Source: Monocercomonoides exilis PA203 (taxonomy: Eukaryota > Protista > Preaxostyla). From it: a stretch of DNA of 64,000 nt. The notes below the pieces were generated by a model. The model did no database searches, was not told the DNA's origin, and saw nothing but the letters and a program-made list of their open reading frames with translations. Each line of letters begins with the position of its first letter. The first letter of the stretch is position 1. Shown piece by piece: positions 1-14,241 of this stretch. The translations under genes and the position numbers were made by a program. The stretch lies in contig LSRY02000022.1 in the NCBI GenBank assembly GCA_001643675.2, forward strand, positions 1-64,000. The letters run 5' to 3'.

Positions 1-2663
1 AAGTGGATGAAGTGGATGAATTGAGTTGTGTGAAGTGCTTGATGTGCTGCCTCTCCTCCTCCTCCTCCTCTCGCTGCCTCTGCCTCTGCCAAGCCGCCCG
101 GCTGCGCATTCTGCTGTCTCTCGCACCTCCCACCTCGCCAGCCGCTCCATCCCCTGCCCCACCCCCACCGCCACCTGCAGCCGCTCCTCCACCTCCATCG
201 CCAAAGGCGTCACTGAACACAGCACCACCACATCCGCCCCACACACCTTCAGCTCCAGCGACTCTGCCTCTTCCCCAACCCCAAAGCTCAGCGTGTCCTC
301 CATCCCCACGACACCGTCTGCCCCTCCCGCAGCAGCCTCGCCGCAGCATCCCCTCCGCGTTCTCCCCATACTTCGCTGCTGCAAGCGCCCGCACCTCCCG
401 TCCACCGCACCCCTCCGCTGAACGACCCCACATCCACATCCCCTCTGCATCTGTCGGGTCTCGCCTCTATCACCGCCACCTTCGCCAGGTGCCGCCGCAA
501 TGTGCTTCACAAACTGCCCACATACCCCTCCGCAAAGCCCGTCGCTCACCACCATCACATGCTCCGCATCAAACAGCCTCTCCCGCCCCACTCCACCGAC
601 GCCGCCCACTTCCAAACAGGTCGCTTCCTCCCTGTTCAGCGCATACACCTGCGTCCACACACGCTCGCTGCACCGCCCCGTCTCACTCTCCTCCCGCACC
701 TCCTCGCTCAGCCACTTTCTCTTCTTGCTTCATCTGCCCCATTCACCCACCCCGTCTCTCCTGCCAGCTCCTCTGCCACAAGCATGTTCCCCATGCTCTT
801 CACAAACCTCTGCCGCATACAGCGGATACTCCCCGGAAACAGCACATGCAGCAGCCCCGCCCCAGCCCTGCTGACCCCCGTGTTCCCGCGCACATCCACC
901 ACAACACGCACCTTCCTGCCTCTCCTTCCCTTTTCTCCCCTTCTCCCCCTTCTTCTCCCCTTCCTCCCGCAGCCACCGCAGAGTCTCAAACACACTGCCA
1001 CAAACTGCTTCTCGTCTTCAGGGCTGAACGAGTCCACATTCAACACCCCAATCCGCTCCGATTCAACATAATATGCGCTGAACGCTCGCTCTCATACAGC
1101 ACTGTCACATCCTCCTCTTCCGCCTCACTGCCTCCACCTGCTGCATTTTCCCTCTTTTCCACACCAATCCAATGCCATCTCTTCCCCAACGCTCCTCCTC
1201 TTGCCTCCTGCTCCTGCCTCTCGCCCTTCACCTGAAATGTTCAGTAGCGCATGCTCGTTGCCTCTCGCTGATCCTCAGCCGGGGCAGTCGCTGCTTGTCA
1301 CCCTGTATTTCCCGTTGCTCCCTGTTCTCCCGCCTCCTGGCTCCTTGATGACAAGCGCTGATCCTCCGCCTTCCCCAAACTGCGTGGTGTTCAGATGGTT
1401 CTGCGCCCTTCCCCTGTGCTGCCGCAGTCCCGCAGTGCTGCTGTGCCCAAACGCCTGCGCCCCACGCTTCCTGCTCCAAAAGCACTTTCTCGGAAACCGC
1501 ACGTTCGCTGCTGCGTTAGTCGCTCCCCGGCCTCTGTGGCCCTGCTGAGCCTGACTCCTCGTGAAGTTCAGCCTGCCAAACGCATGCCCCATCAGCGTCT
1601 GCCGCGTGATCTCCCGCGCCCTCTGCTGCCTCCGCTCGCTTTCCCAACAACTGCCCTTGCAGCCCCCGCTCTCCCTGCCCCTCATGCTGCGCACCCCAGT
1701 CTGACAAGGCTGCTGCCTGCTTGCTGCCTCCGCCCTGCGTGTCTGTCCCGTTCGCACTCTCCTTCAGCGGGCAGCGTGATGTCGTAGATGTCCGCCCCCG
1801 ACATCCCGTACATCATCCAGCTCGTCTCCCGCACCGCCCACCCCCCGTCCACATACACCGCACCCGGATCGTGTCCGACTCCGGCCTCCTGAACAGCCCC
1901 GCCAGCCGATACGAGAAATACATCTGCAGCGCTGCATTCACCCGCGCTGCCCGGCTCCGCGACATCATCACGTTCTCGTCTGCCCACCGCGCGATCGTCT
2001 CCCACGGCTCCTCCGCCCTGTACCCCGCCCCGTCGTACGAGATGTTCACAACCGCGCAGTCCCGGATGTCCTCCACCAGCCCCCGATACAGGCACGCCTC
2101 AAACAGCGACTCCATCGCCCCTGGCACCGCATACACCGCCCGCGGCTGCCCTGTCTCCTCCTCATACGCAATCTCAAACGAGTACGGGCTGAAGTACCCG
2201 TAGTAGTTGTAGCACGGCATCGTGTACATCGTGTGCGGATCCTTCAGCCGCGACAGCGCTGCCCCAACATCCATGTGCTTCTTGTACCCGCTCCGGTACT
2301 GCACCTCCCCGATCCGCTCCAGCTCCCCACCACGTCGAACGACAGCCCGCTGTACGGCGCCGGCAGCGCCAGCACCCGGTCCCGCAGCGCATATCCCTCC
2401 AGATACTTCTTCACCGTCTCCACCAGCTCCCCGAGCTCCTCCACCTGCACAGCAGCACAGCGCGCCGCAAACATCCATTTTGGTGCATCAGACAGCAGAC
2501 ACACTTCCCGCTGAACAGCCACAAACCAAAAACTCAAAAATAGAACACAAACCGGATAGTTGTCCAGGCACTCCGCCAGGTACGACGCCGCCACAAACTC
2601 TGTCGCATTGATGTCGCAGTAGCGGCACTGCACTGCGGCCAGCCACACCAACGCCAAATACAT
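1..2663 (-). CDS. Secreted S41-family (tail-specific protease-like) protein; runs off left edge; frameshifted; catalytic Ser apparently Gly
   Basis: Signal-like start MYLALVWLAAVQC at 2663. Ordered S41 motifs across frames: LSRLKDPHTMY, VLNVDSF, VVVDVRGNTG, LLHVLFP, VMVVSDGLCGGVCGQF. Coding strand is G-rich. Confidence 0.65.
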
Positions 2664-2889
2664 CCTGCTGCAGAAAATTCTCTTTGCTGAATCGCTTGAT
2701 ATATTTTTATGGGCAAGTGACGCAAAAAATGAAGAAAATATTTGAATAATAATTTTGTTGAAGTGCAAATCTCCCTTGCCACACTTTTCAATTTTCCTTC
2801 CATTTTTCTGCACCATGTAATTGTGCAGGCCTTGTTTTTGTTTTCGATTGTGAATAACTTCACAATAAAGAAAAATAAAATAAAGCATG

Positions 2890-4100
2890 TTTGGAGAAAT
2901 AGGAGGTCCGCATGCAGCAGAGATGAGCCATTGGTGCACTGCTTTGTGCGACCAAGCACTGCAGCTGCATCGACAGAAGCTTGCTCTTCGCCCCAAGTTC
3001 GCCTTTTCTCATCATCCTCTGATAATCAAAAGAAAACCACACACACCCCCACGACAATCCATCAGCATCCGTCCTTCCGGGCATCTCCATTTTTGGTGTC
3101 TTTGGCCGCGATTCTCTCATGGCTGCAAGTTGCACAACAAGACTGTTTCTCATTAGCCCTTTCTTCTGCATACCTTTCCCGATTTCCCAATCGCAAAATC
3201 AACTGCTATCATCGCGCTTCCCGTGCACAAAACCTCTCGCAAAAGCCAGAACACTCCTGCTGCAAACATGCTCCTTTCCCTTTGCTGCGGCTGCTCAATG
3301 CTCCCAAACCGCCTCTCGCACATCATCCACAAGATGACAAAGCCTTCTAAACACCTCCAAACAGTCACCAGCCATCCCCATGCAATATTCATATGTCTCT
3401 CTCTCTCCCTTGTGCATTTCACATTCTTCTTCTTCTTCTTCCATCCCTCCTTCTCGATGCTTCTTCCAGTTCCTGTGCTGCCTTCCCAGCAGATTCCCAG
3501 TTTCACCAAAAACCTCTCCTCCGCATCCCTTCTCTTCGTGCAGCCTCATCATCACAAACGCATTCTCCCTGACCGATGGACAAATCCCATCACGCTCAGA
3601 TGCCCCTGCTGGCACTTCAGCATTTCGGCCTCATCCTCCATCTGTCTTCCTTTTGTCTTCACACTGCTCATGGAAACGAACACAAAAAAGCAAGAATGAA
3701 TAAAAATCAGAAACAAATCATTTGAAAATGATGCTGAGTGAAGCGCAGACTCGTGCTGGCAAAACACGCTTTCAGCCCTCCTTTGCACCCCCGCACACCA
3801 GCTCAACTGCATCCTCATTTATCTGTGCTTTGCCTGCCCAACGCAATCACACAGCAACAATGCCATTTCCCACCATATCCCTGTCTCACCAGCAACAACT
3901 CGTTTTTTTCTTTTTCTTTCATTTTTTTTACCTTCATTGCAAAGTCATGCCCGCTCCACAAAATATCTTTGTTTTCTCTCTCTTACTCAAAAAGACAGCC
4001 AAGGAGAAAGTGAAATTCCTTTTTCTTTCACAATCAATTTTTTCCTCACTTTTCATCATTCAACAGAGCGCAATCCTGAAACATCAAGCAAGCACAAACA
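2890..4100 (-). CDS. Possible small multi-exon hypothetical gene, structure unresolved
   Basis: GC-richer blocks alternate with T-rich intron-like spacers on the minus strand. No recognisable motif. Confidence 0.2.
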
Positions 4101-4289
4101 CTTGTCTTTTTCTGATTCATAAGAATACAGAAAAAGACAAACACAAAAGACTCTAAATATTCGAAAGGGAATTAAAAGTGAACAATTTCAGTTTTTTATT
4201 TTGCAATCATTTTTCGTGAGAAAATCCTCCAGCGCAATGTTCTTTGTGTCGTCTCTTTCGTTCCATCTTTCGCTCAAAAATAAAAAAAA

Positions 4290-7200
4290 ATGTCTGATCT
4301 TGTTTATTGATGAGTAATATTTATTTGGCTGCTGGAAATGAGATCAACAAGAAGGAACAACAAGACAGCGCCTCCGATATTCAAGGTGTTTGCTGCTGGC
4401 TCAGACGTGATTCTCATTTTCTTCTTTGTTTTTATTTTTTGTGCAACTTGGGGGCTGGCTGATGGTGCAAAACTGGATGATTTTGTGTTTTGTTGAGTGC
4501 TCTTGCTGTGGGTGGGGCTGCTGTGCAACGGAAATGCTGCATGGGGAACGCGATGCAGGATGCAAAAGTGGAAGAAGTGAGAGACGAGAGTTTGCTTGTT
4601 TTGCAGGAAAGAATCGGATTTTGAGCTTTGAGCCTTTTTCATTTCAATGTTTATTTTTTGGTGCAGCGATTAACGCGCTGGAGAGGCTGACAGAAAAGCT
4701 TCAGTATTTGTGTTTTTGTGTTTGTTCATGGCGAGTTTTCAGAGGGCGGAAGTTTGGGGCAGGCGAGCTGGCTGGCATTTCGAAGGAGATGTGTGATTTG
4801 CTGTGGCGATGTGTCGGAAGGATGGAGAGTGTTCCGGCGTATATTCTGCGCAACGTGCTGCACTGCGGGAAGGTGGTGCTGAGCGCGGAGCGGACGACAG
4901 GTGGCAGCCAGCTATGTGCGTGCAATGGCGCTTGTTGTGGATGTGAGGTCGTATCCAGTGCAGCACCGGAGGCTGAGGTTGGAGGAGGTCCAGCTGACGG
5001 CGCAAGAAAAAGGCACGTGAAATCACCGCGCGGGAAGGAGAAGCAGCAGACGAAGACGGTTTTGACGTCGGATGTTGTAGGGTCGCCGCTGCTGCAAGAG
5101 GTGATTTTTGATGGGGAAGTGGTTCCGGCAGTTGTGGAGCGGATCCACGCAGCAGAAAGCGAGGAGGCGCTGAGTGCGCTGGCCAAGGTGGTGTTGGGGT
5201 TTGTGAGGATCGCAGACCAGGCGGGGCTTGCGGCGATGGTGGGGCAGCACATTCTGGACGGGATCGACACGATTCTGATGCGGTGCCAGGAGAGGGCAGG
5301 GCTGATTGATGCGGTCGAAGCGCTGCAGCTGGTGTTCGCTGCCAGGACAAACATCACCCTGATGGCGTCCAATGGGTGGGGAAGGCATTTGAAGAGCACT
5401 GCTTCGAGGGGTGCTGACGGAGATTGCGGTGGGGAACAAGAGCCGAGGGGTTGCGCGGGAAAAGATAAATCTGAGAGCTCCGTATTACGAAAGGGTGGTG
5501 GATGTGGAGCTCGAAGAGGGGCGTGAGAGGTTCGAGGAGGAGGATGTGGGAAAGCTGGATGATGGGGAGTCCGTGACAGAGCAGGCAGCAGACAGCGGCA
5601 GGGCACAGAGGAAAGCAAAGGAGAGAAAGGGAGAGCAAAGAGGGAGCGAACAGGAGGCAAAGGGAACAGAAGAGGAAAGGGGGAAAAGTGCAGCAAAGGA
5701 GAAGGAACGTCTCAAGGCGAAGTGGAAGCAGAAGGGAGGGAAAAGGAAGCAAGAGGAGGGAGAGTGGCAGAAGTGCAGCGAAAAGAACAGCGTCTCCCAT
5801 TTTGTGTGCGTTTGGAGGCGGCGTGTGCAGTTTTGTGGGAGAAGGATCATTACAGATTCAATTTGCCTGTGAAGAAGCTGGCAGGCGTGCTGGCTGAGGG
5901 CATTGCGCTTCCCGAAGGAGCAGAAGCAGAATACGTGAAGCGAAAGCAAAAGCTTATGGAGAGTGAAAAGAGCAGATTGAAGAGGGAGGGCAGCGAGATG
6001 GATGTCAACATCAGGGAAAGAGACGGTGGTGATGGCGAAGCAGAGGGAGTGTTGAGCAAGCTGAACATTCCCCACATCTACAATTGCATTTATTGCCTGA
6101 ATGTTTTGTTTTCTGACTGGGGTTTGACTTGCTTGTGTTGTGTTGTGTTGTGTTATGATTTTGTTGAGGCATGTTTATTCAGACACGAAGTATTATTGCG
6201 GGACAGTGCGCAAGGCTGAGGCGATGCCTGATGAACAGCTGGAAGCAATTGTGAACAAGCTGTTGCGGCTGAACAGGCATGCCCCACTGTCAAATTGCAA
6301 TTTCGATTTTTCTTTTCTTTTTTCTTTCTGTAACTGCCCTCGAGCAGGTTTCCGGACAAACTGTTCTTCAGAATGTCGAGTCACTGCCTTGAAAGCATCT
6401 GCATGTTGTATCGGCAGCAGATGAAGCGGCTGTATGGCGGAGTGTTTGAGCAGCGGCTGATGGAGGAATTGGATGAGGTGGAGATGGAGATGGAGAAAGC
6501 GGCAGAGGCTGGGGGTGGAGGGGCAGACAGCGAGGAGTACATAAACATCTATTCCCAGGAGTACATGCGGTCCATCTGGGAAGAAGCGCCGTTCAGCTCC
6601 ATCCGGGAGCCAGTGGTTGGGGAGTACGAGTCGGTTGCTGATTACACGCTGGACAAGATGCAACTGCTGAGAATGTCTTTTCTGGAGAGACGGACGCTGC
6701 AGTCAGACATGTCGTCGGTGTTCTGTTGCAGCAGATTGGGCTGGTTGCACGGCCGGTGGGTCAACAGAAACCTGGTGTCGGTGCGGAGGCAGCACAGCTC
6801 GTGGGCAGCGCTGCGCTTCAACCACACGCTGAGCTGTATTGCTGCAACGTGTGCTGCGCAAGATGCGAGCAGCGACGATGTGGTGACGCGGCCGTTCTTC
6901 AGGAGGCTTGTTGGGCGGCTGGTGCGCCCTTTTGCGCTTCAGGTGCCTTTTGGGGTGGGGTCGCTGTCGAGTGTCGCATACCAGCAGCACTCGCTGGAGT
7001 CTGTGCAGAGCACGATCGACCTGTTTGCGCTGGAGGTGCTGACGAATGTGGAGAAAGAGCTGGGGTTTGTGTTTGAGGAGGGTATGTTGGTGCTCTGTTT
7101 GGGCGGCTGGCTGGGAGCATGGAGCTGAACAGCCACGCGCTGTATGTGGCTGTGCAGGTCATCCGGGAGACGTGCATTGCGTTCATGAGGGCAGACCGAG

Positions 7201-7870
7201 AAGCGAGGGTGAAGGCAGCTGGGGTGTTGAACGCGAGCATTGCTGAGTGGAACAGGCATGGAGAAGGGAAGGAGGCAGCAGGGAGGCGGGTCTTCCTTCA
7301 AATTGCTCCGTTTGATTTTCTGTGATTGGCGCAAATATGTGGGGGAGTGTGCTTTGCAGCCGACTCCACAAAACATGGCAGCAGGTGGAAGCAGGTGGGT
7401 TGCTTGGAGAAGTTGGAGAAGGGAAAGAAGTTGGAGAAGTTGGAGAAGGGGGAGAAGGGGGAGAAGGGGGAGAAGGAGAAGGGGGAGAAGGGGGAGAAGG
7501 GGGAGAAGGGGGAGAAGGGGGAGAAGGGGAAGAAGGGGGAGGATGTTGGGGTTGTGCTGCTGCGTTTGGTGGATGATACGATTGAAGAGCGTGGGATTCG
7601 CGACTGTGTGGAGGCCACGCCGCAGCACAATGATGTGCAGCTGTTCTGGCGGTGCTCGGGAGCCTGCCCTCGAAAAACCGGGTGCAGCAGGCGTCGCTCT
7701 ATTCTCGCGGGAAAGTGTCCGATGTGGAGGGACTGCCATATGCAGAGTTCGTGCCGATTCCCTCGGATCCTTTGTCTGCTCCTGATCCCGAGGCTTTTCG
7801 CCAGGCGAATTACCGCATGGTTTTCCTTTTCAATGTCGCGAATTAGATGCTGGATAAAGAGTGATTGATG
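4290..7870 (+). CDS. Multi-exon hypothetical protein with a helical/ARM-like stretch and charged low-complexity segments
   Basis: Strand skew flips to G-rich on + here. Overlapping ORFs 4426-5526, 5411-5872, 5722-6219, 6373-7128 and 7326-7868 are separated by T-rich GT..AG introns and frameshifts. Confidence 0.5.
7404..7541 (+). repeat. 9-bp tandem repeat (ggagaaggg / ggagaagtt) encoding GEK/LEK repeats
   Basis: Directly visible tandem array. Confidence 0.85.
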
Positions 7871-8461
7871 GGGAATTTCAGCAAACAAGGCATCATGAAA
7901 TGGCATGGACATTCGAGTGTTTTGGACGTTTATTTTTCTTTTCATAAGTCTTTATTTGCAAGCGTTTTGATTGCAATATTTTTACAATTGGTTCCACTAC
8001 TGGAGTTGCATTTCAGTTGTTTCTGGAAAAGTATTTTTGTATCTTTATTTCTTTCTTTCTCGTTTGTTTGTTTGCATGTTTATTTGTTTTTGTGTTATTT
8101 TCTTGTTTTTCGCACTTTGTAAGTGTGAATGTTTGTTCTTTTATTTTTACAAAAACATCTGTAATTTTCCGAAGGCATTCAAGCAGAAGTGTGCCTGGTC
8201 TATGTTTGTGTTTGTGTTTGCTTTTTTCTTTTTCCTTTTCCTTTTGTTTGGGCTTTTTTGTTTGTTTGTAAAACTTCACTCAAGGCTCAACTGTATTTAT
8301 CTCTGGCAACAACAAGCAATTGCCCTTTCAGTGGGAGTTCACTTTCGGACACATTCATTCGTTTCTATTCCTTTAAAGCCTGGGGGAAAAAGACAGAAAA
8401 AAGAAATGGAAATGGAAATGGGAAAAAATATGCAAAAATCCTGTGCTCTTCTTTCTTCTTC

Positions 8462-11400
8462 TCACACGCTGCCGCACGCGCTCAAACACTCCGCCTCCGA
8501 GCGCAACAACTTCAAGCGCTGCCACCCCAACGCAGAACACCATCCCGATCCACAGCGCTGCGTCTTCCCCACATACCCTCCCAGCACATCCATCACCACT
8601 GCAAATCCTCCCACCCAGCACAGAAACGCTGCTGTCACCCCTATCAGCAGTGTCTGCACCCACACCAGAAATGGTTTCGAAGCATGTCAATGCCAACACA
8701 TCAAAGCAGAACAACAAAAATTTCAATAAAAAAGAAATTTGAAAAAAATATAAAATAAAATAAAATAAAATAAAATGATATGAACGTTCATTAGCATTCC
8801 GAAGAATGCAAAAATCAATACTCTTCCTTTTTCTTCTTTCTCGCAAAAGAAAACAAAAATGAAAGTTATCAAACATGAAGCACACCTTCCAAGGCAGCAC
8901 AAGACAAAGCAGCAGCCCACTCGCAAATTCACCAAACAGGAGCACAATGCTGCTCAGCGCAACATTGTCGCTTCCCATCCCCACAAACAGACACACACAC
9001 ACCTCCAGCACACGCATGCACACGCTCACTCCAACACACTCGCTCCCCATCCCCACCCACTCCATCCACTTCAGCAGACCCTCCTTCCTTCTCCTTCTCT
9101 TCATCTTCATCTTCATCTTCATTTTCTTCTTCATCTTCATCATTTCTTTGTTGCTTTCTCTCTCTTTCTCTCCCTTCCCCTTCTCTCTTGTGCAACTGCA
9201 GCATTCCTCGTCTTGTGTGCTGCCGCTCCTCTGTTCCCATCCACCCTCAACTCCCAGCGGCAGCCCCAGATCCAGCCCCAACGCCCCCAGCTCATCTGCC
9301 TCTCCACCCAGCACATGCCTCATCACACCCCCAAATCCGCCCCCTTCTCCTTCCTTCCTCCCCTTCCTCTGCTTCCCCCTGCCACTCCCACCACGCACAG
9401 CACACCCCGCACCCCTCCCACACAACTGCTGCTGCCACACACAGCCCGCACACACTCGCCCCCACACGCTCTGCAACTCCCCACCTCTCCCACCTCCCCT
9501 CCCCACATACTCCCCAACAGCCCCAACACACCCAAACACACACACAAACCACACCCCTTCCCACACAACCATCGTCATCCATATCCCAACACGCATCCCG
9601 CACCTCCCTGACATCTCATGCCCTTCTTCCTTGTTCCTTTTCCTTTCTTCTTCTCCCTGTCTCCCTCTCCGGCAGCCTCTTCGCTTCTTCTTTTCTTCAA
9701 CTCTCTCCTCTTCATCCTCTTTTTCTCCCTCTCCCCTGCCTCTCCCCCACCCACAACTCCCACCACACAGCCACAGCCCCACCGCACACCACAACAACAC
9801 ACACACCGTCGCCCCAACACAAGCCCCATACACCCCCACGCTCCACACATCAACCTCCCCATCCGAAATCGACCCCACAAATGATGCCATCTCCTTGTTC
9901 TCCGCCACACACCATTCTCCACACACCCCCCACCTCTTCTCCCCAACAACCATTTCCGCTCCCACGCCTTTCCCCTTCAGCGTCACCCAATCCACAATCC
10001 TCTCCCACGTCCTCCTTTTCCTCTCTCCCCTCCCATCCACCCCTTCCATCCCATCCACCTCCTCTCTCCTCCACAACCCTTCCCCCTCCTTCCCCAACCA
10101 CATCTCCAATCCTCCTCCTCCTCCTTCTCCTCCTCTTCCTCTTCCCACAAACCCTTTCCACACCCCAGACACCACTGGCACATCCATCCCAAACAGCGCT
10201 CCGCCACACCGCCGCATGAACATCCCAATCACAACCGGCATCTCGCTGTATTTGCACAGCGACAGCACACACACCACACGCGCCATGTGCACACACAGCC
10301 CACCCAGCGCCACACACCTCCTCATCCCAACATCCACCCCTTTCAGCCTTGTCAATATTTCCTCCTTTCTTCCTCTTCTTTTAACTCTTTGTTCCGCCTT
10401 CTTCTTTTTTGAGTTCCTCACTCATCATCTGCTTCGTCTCCCCTCCTCTGCCACTGCCAATGCCACTCCTTGTTCTTCCAAGCTCACATAGCTCTTCCTC
10501 AGCGGAGCGTGAAGATGAGTGAAATGAAAGAGATGATCGTGATGATGATAATGCCGATGAAGACGAAGAAGAAGAAGAAGATGATGATGATGAAGATGCA
10601 AAAGTTGGAGAGATAGCAAATGATGTGGCTGCAAGATGTGATGGAGTTGAATCTGGCGAAAGAGACGAAGCTGTTTTTGCTCCATCTGTGGTTGCTGCAA
10701 CTGCTGTGCTCATTGGAGTAGATGCCGGCGGGAAAGGCGATGCTGGCAACGAGGATGATGCGCATGAAGTGCTTTGATTGAATGGAGTGAAAGAAGCAAA
10801 AGAAGCGAATGAAGAGTGTGAAATGCGTGTTGTGTGTGTTGAACATTTTGTGGATTGTGACTGAAATGATTGAGGTGTTTTGAGTGAAGTGAACCCTGTT
10901 GACAGCTTCGGCGAGTGTGCATCTCGTCCAATCCCTTTTCCTCTTCCCAATGCAATCTCTGTTCCCCTCTTTCTCCACCTCTCATCTTTCTCCCCTTTCG
11001 TTTCTGTTCTTTCCTCTTCCTCTTCATCATCCTCATCTGTTTCCTCCTCATTCATTTCATGTTCCCCTCTTTCTGGCTTCTCCTCTTCCCTTCTGCTTTC
11101 ATTCTCCCACAAATTTGGCGTTGACACTTCTCTCACATTCGGAACCCTTCTCTCTCCTTCTTCTTTCTTCATTGTTTCTTCTTCTTCCTCCTCCTCCTCT
11201 TCTTCTTCTTCTTCTTCCCTCTTTCCATTTGCACCCATCTGTATCGTCTTCATTTCTCTTTCATTCCTCCTCTTTCTCCTTCTCTTTTCTTCGCTTTCTT
11301 CGCTTTTCTCTCTTTCATCATCCTTCTTTTCACAATCTTCTAATTTCCTCTCTTCCTTTTCTTCTTCTTCAACTTCTTCTTCTTCCTTCGCAGCCTCTTC

Positions 11401-13852
11401 CTGAAGCTCCTCCATCAGCCACTCTCTTTTGCTTTCTCCTTCACACACAACCACTCCAACTCCAAGCACGCTTGCAAGCACACACACCCCAAACACACAC
11501 CCCACCCACTCCATCGCCTTCTCGCTTCTCCTCAACCACCCATCCTCATTCTCTTCTTCTCTCATAACTCCATCTTCTCCATCTTCTCCATTTTTCCTCT
11601 CCCCGTCTTCTTTCTCTCCCCTTCTTTTCCTCTTTCTCCTCCCATTTGCCCTCGCTTCCTCCTCTCCGCTTCCACAGCATCTCCACAATATGCCCCTTCA
11701 AATCCTCTTTTGCACACACACACTTTCTTGTCTCTTTCTTCCTCTTTTTCTCTCCCCTCGTCTCCATCCCAATCTCTTCTGCTTGTGAAGTGCCTCTTCT
11801 TCACGGACACACACCTTCCTCCATTCCCACAATCCGAGTTCCGGCTGCACCGCCCGTCTTCCCATTCGCATTCTCGTCCGCCTCTCTGTCCACCGCATTG
11901 GCACTCCGCTGGCGATAGCTCTGTTGCCCTTCCGCATCCAAACACCCCTGACGAGCAGTTCGACAGCCGAATTCTGCTTCTCTCTTCTCTTTCTCTTTCT
12001 CCTCCTCCTCCTTCTTCTTCTTCTCTTTCTTCTTCTTTGATCAAGCAGAAGTCTCGTGTTGCCTCTATTCCAATCCCATTGGCCCAGATCACTCCATCCA
12101 CAGACACACTCAGCCACACTTTTCTCTCTCTGCTGCTCTCTGCAGCCCACACAGCATATCACAGCAAGACACAAGGCAAACATTCAATAATTCGCAGCAT
12201 GTCACAGAATAACATCAAATACAAAAATATGATAAAACAAAAACAAAAATAAAAAATAAAAATAAAAATAAAAAAGAAAAGAAACAACTCATTGGCAAAA
12301 TCATCTTCTCTCTTTCTGCACACCTTTTCCTGCTCCACACAGCACCCAGCTGTCTTTCAGTGATGAGAACACACAGACAATCTCTGATGGCGACACCCAT
12401 TCCACCCCCGAAGACATCACATTGTCCAGCCGGCACTGCAGATGAGGCGTCTTAAACATGTTTGCTCCCTTCACTGCAAACCGCGCCTTCACATCTCCAC
12501 ACTCTCTTTCTCCTCTGCCCCGACGCTGCTCCACCACATCCACCGAGATCCTGTCTGGAAACACCGATCCAATCTGCACCCTCCCAAACACAGGCACCAT
12601 CACCCCATCTCCTCGAGCTCCGCCTGCCTTGCTCCTTGTCTTTCCCCTTCGACAGCCCATTGCGGCATCTGCACAGAATCCTCCACACTCACGCGCGGGT
12701 ATCCAAACTGCACCTTCTTCACTGCCCCTTCTCGGATCTTGAAAAACCCTTCGTCTCCCCACTGCTTCCCCACGAATTCACGCACAGCCAGTACCCAATC
12801 TCCTCCGTCTCGTCCTCTGCCCCGTTTCCATCTCCGTCTTCATCATTGCTCATCTCATCCACCACACCCACCTCGATCCTGCTGCTTTTGCTCCTGTTGC
12901 TCTGCCCCCATTCGGCATCTCTTTTCCTCGCCTCTGCCTCTGCCTTCTTCACTGCCAGCGCTGCCTTCCTCCCCACCCGCTCCTTCCCATACCCCACTAT
13001 CCGCACTGAATGCGGAGTCTGCCACTCTCCCGTCTGCTCCACGTAAATCCCCTCTTTGTACTTCGTGAAGTCTTCCCGCACCACAATCGTCCCTGTCACC
13101 GGCCCAAACACAACAAGCTCCTCTTTCACCCGCTCCCTCCCGCTCTTCCCCTCCGCGTCTGCCCAGTGAACGCTCTCCGAAAACACCACCCCGCTCCCCA
13201 GCGCATTCACACATCCCTCTGGCACTGCCCCTGCCGCCCGCGATACGGCTGGCACACACCCAGCGGCACTCCATCCTCCATCGTCTCCACCCACGCCTCT
13301 GCTGCCCGCCCGCCCTCGCAGCTGCTCCCGTCTCGGTTGCAGTCCACCAGGCTCTGCGTCGACAGCTCCCCGCGGAACAGCCCGCCTGTTGCTCGGCACA
13401 GTCGCTCCCAAGCGCCTTCGTCACAGACTCTGCCCAGCAACTGCAAATCATCAAATGGACAAATAAAAAAATGCAAAACAATTCGAAAAACAAATTCTAT
13501 AAAAACAACAGCGCATATGGTCTCCTTTCTTGTTCCAGGGATCCTCGCTTCGCACCCACCTCCACGCACATTCACACACCTTCCGCAAGACAGCTGGTTC
13601 GATGCTCGCAGAATGCACTCTGGGTGCCTCTCCCGCGGGTCGTAGCTTTCAGGCAGCCTTTCGACAACATACTTGTTTGCCGGCCTCTCCGCACTCAGCA
13701 CAGCCTCGCTGTTGTCCTCCGCCCACATTTTCATAAACGGCTTTTCTGGCATCCCCTGCTCCGCAGCACCCGCTCCTTCCACAGCCCGTGGTCAACAACC
13801 CCGTTTCTGCCCCAAGCACCACGGCAATCACTGCCATGATAAGTCCCTTCAT
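8462..13852 (-). CDS. Papain-family (C1A, cathepsin B-like) cysteine protease with C-terminal IPT/TIG-like, EGF-like and multi-transmembrane regions
   Basis: Signal peptide MKGLIMAVIAVVLG; LPESYDPR; QLSCGSCWA formed by splicing intron 13441-13579; LSTQSLVDC, CEGG, GPVTG, PHSVRIVGYG, YWLCVNSWG. Downstream CGNGGRC..CVCKRGFEGAYC and hydrophobic segments. The protease domain is secure; the 3' extent is inferred. Confidence 0.75.
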
Positions 13853-14241
13853 TTTCTTTTCTGCAATCTCGCTTTTTCAATTCTGAGTTGCACACGCAGT
13901 TGCCTCAGCACAAAAAAGAAAGAAAAATCGGTTTTTCACAATCCCAAAACAATCCTTTTCTCCCATCACTCGCCCCCTCTCCGCCCTGCGAAGCCTCTCC
14001 CCTCGCCTTCTACAGCTCGTTTCATTTCTTTTCTTCTCTCCTCTTATTTTCCTATGGGTAGAAGATCCATTTATTTTTTCCATTTTTTCATTTTTCGTGT
14101 TCACTCTCTTCTCGCTCGGTTAATGCTTAAAATTCTTCAACTCAAACAAAAAATAATAATAATAATAATAACAAAGAATAATTATAAAAGGTCACAAAAC
14201 GTGAACAAAAAGCAAATTGATGATTGAGAAACATTTCTATT

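Noticed and set aside
7404-7541. Collagen-like Gly-X-Y domain
   Set aside because: Short, proline-free and interrupted 9-bp repeat expansion.
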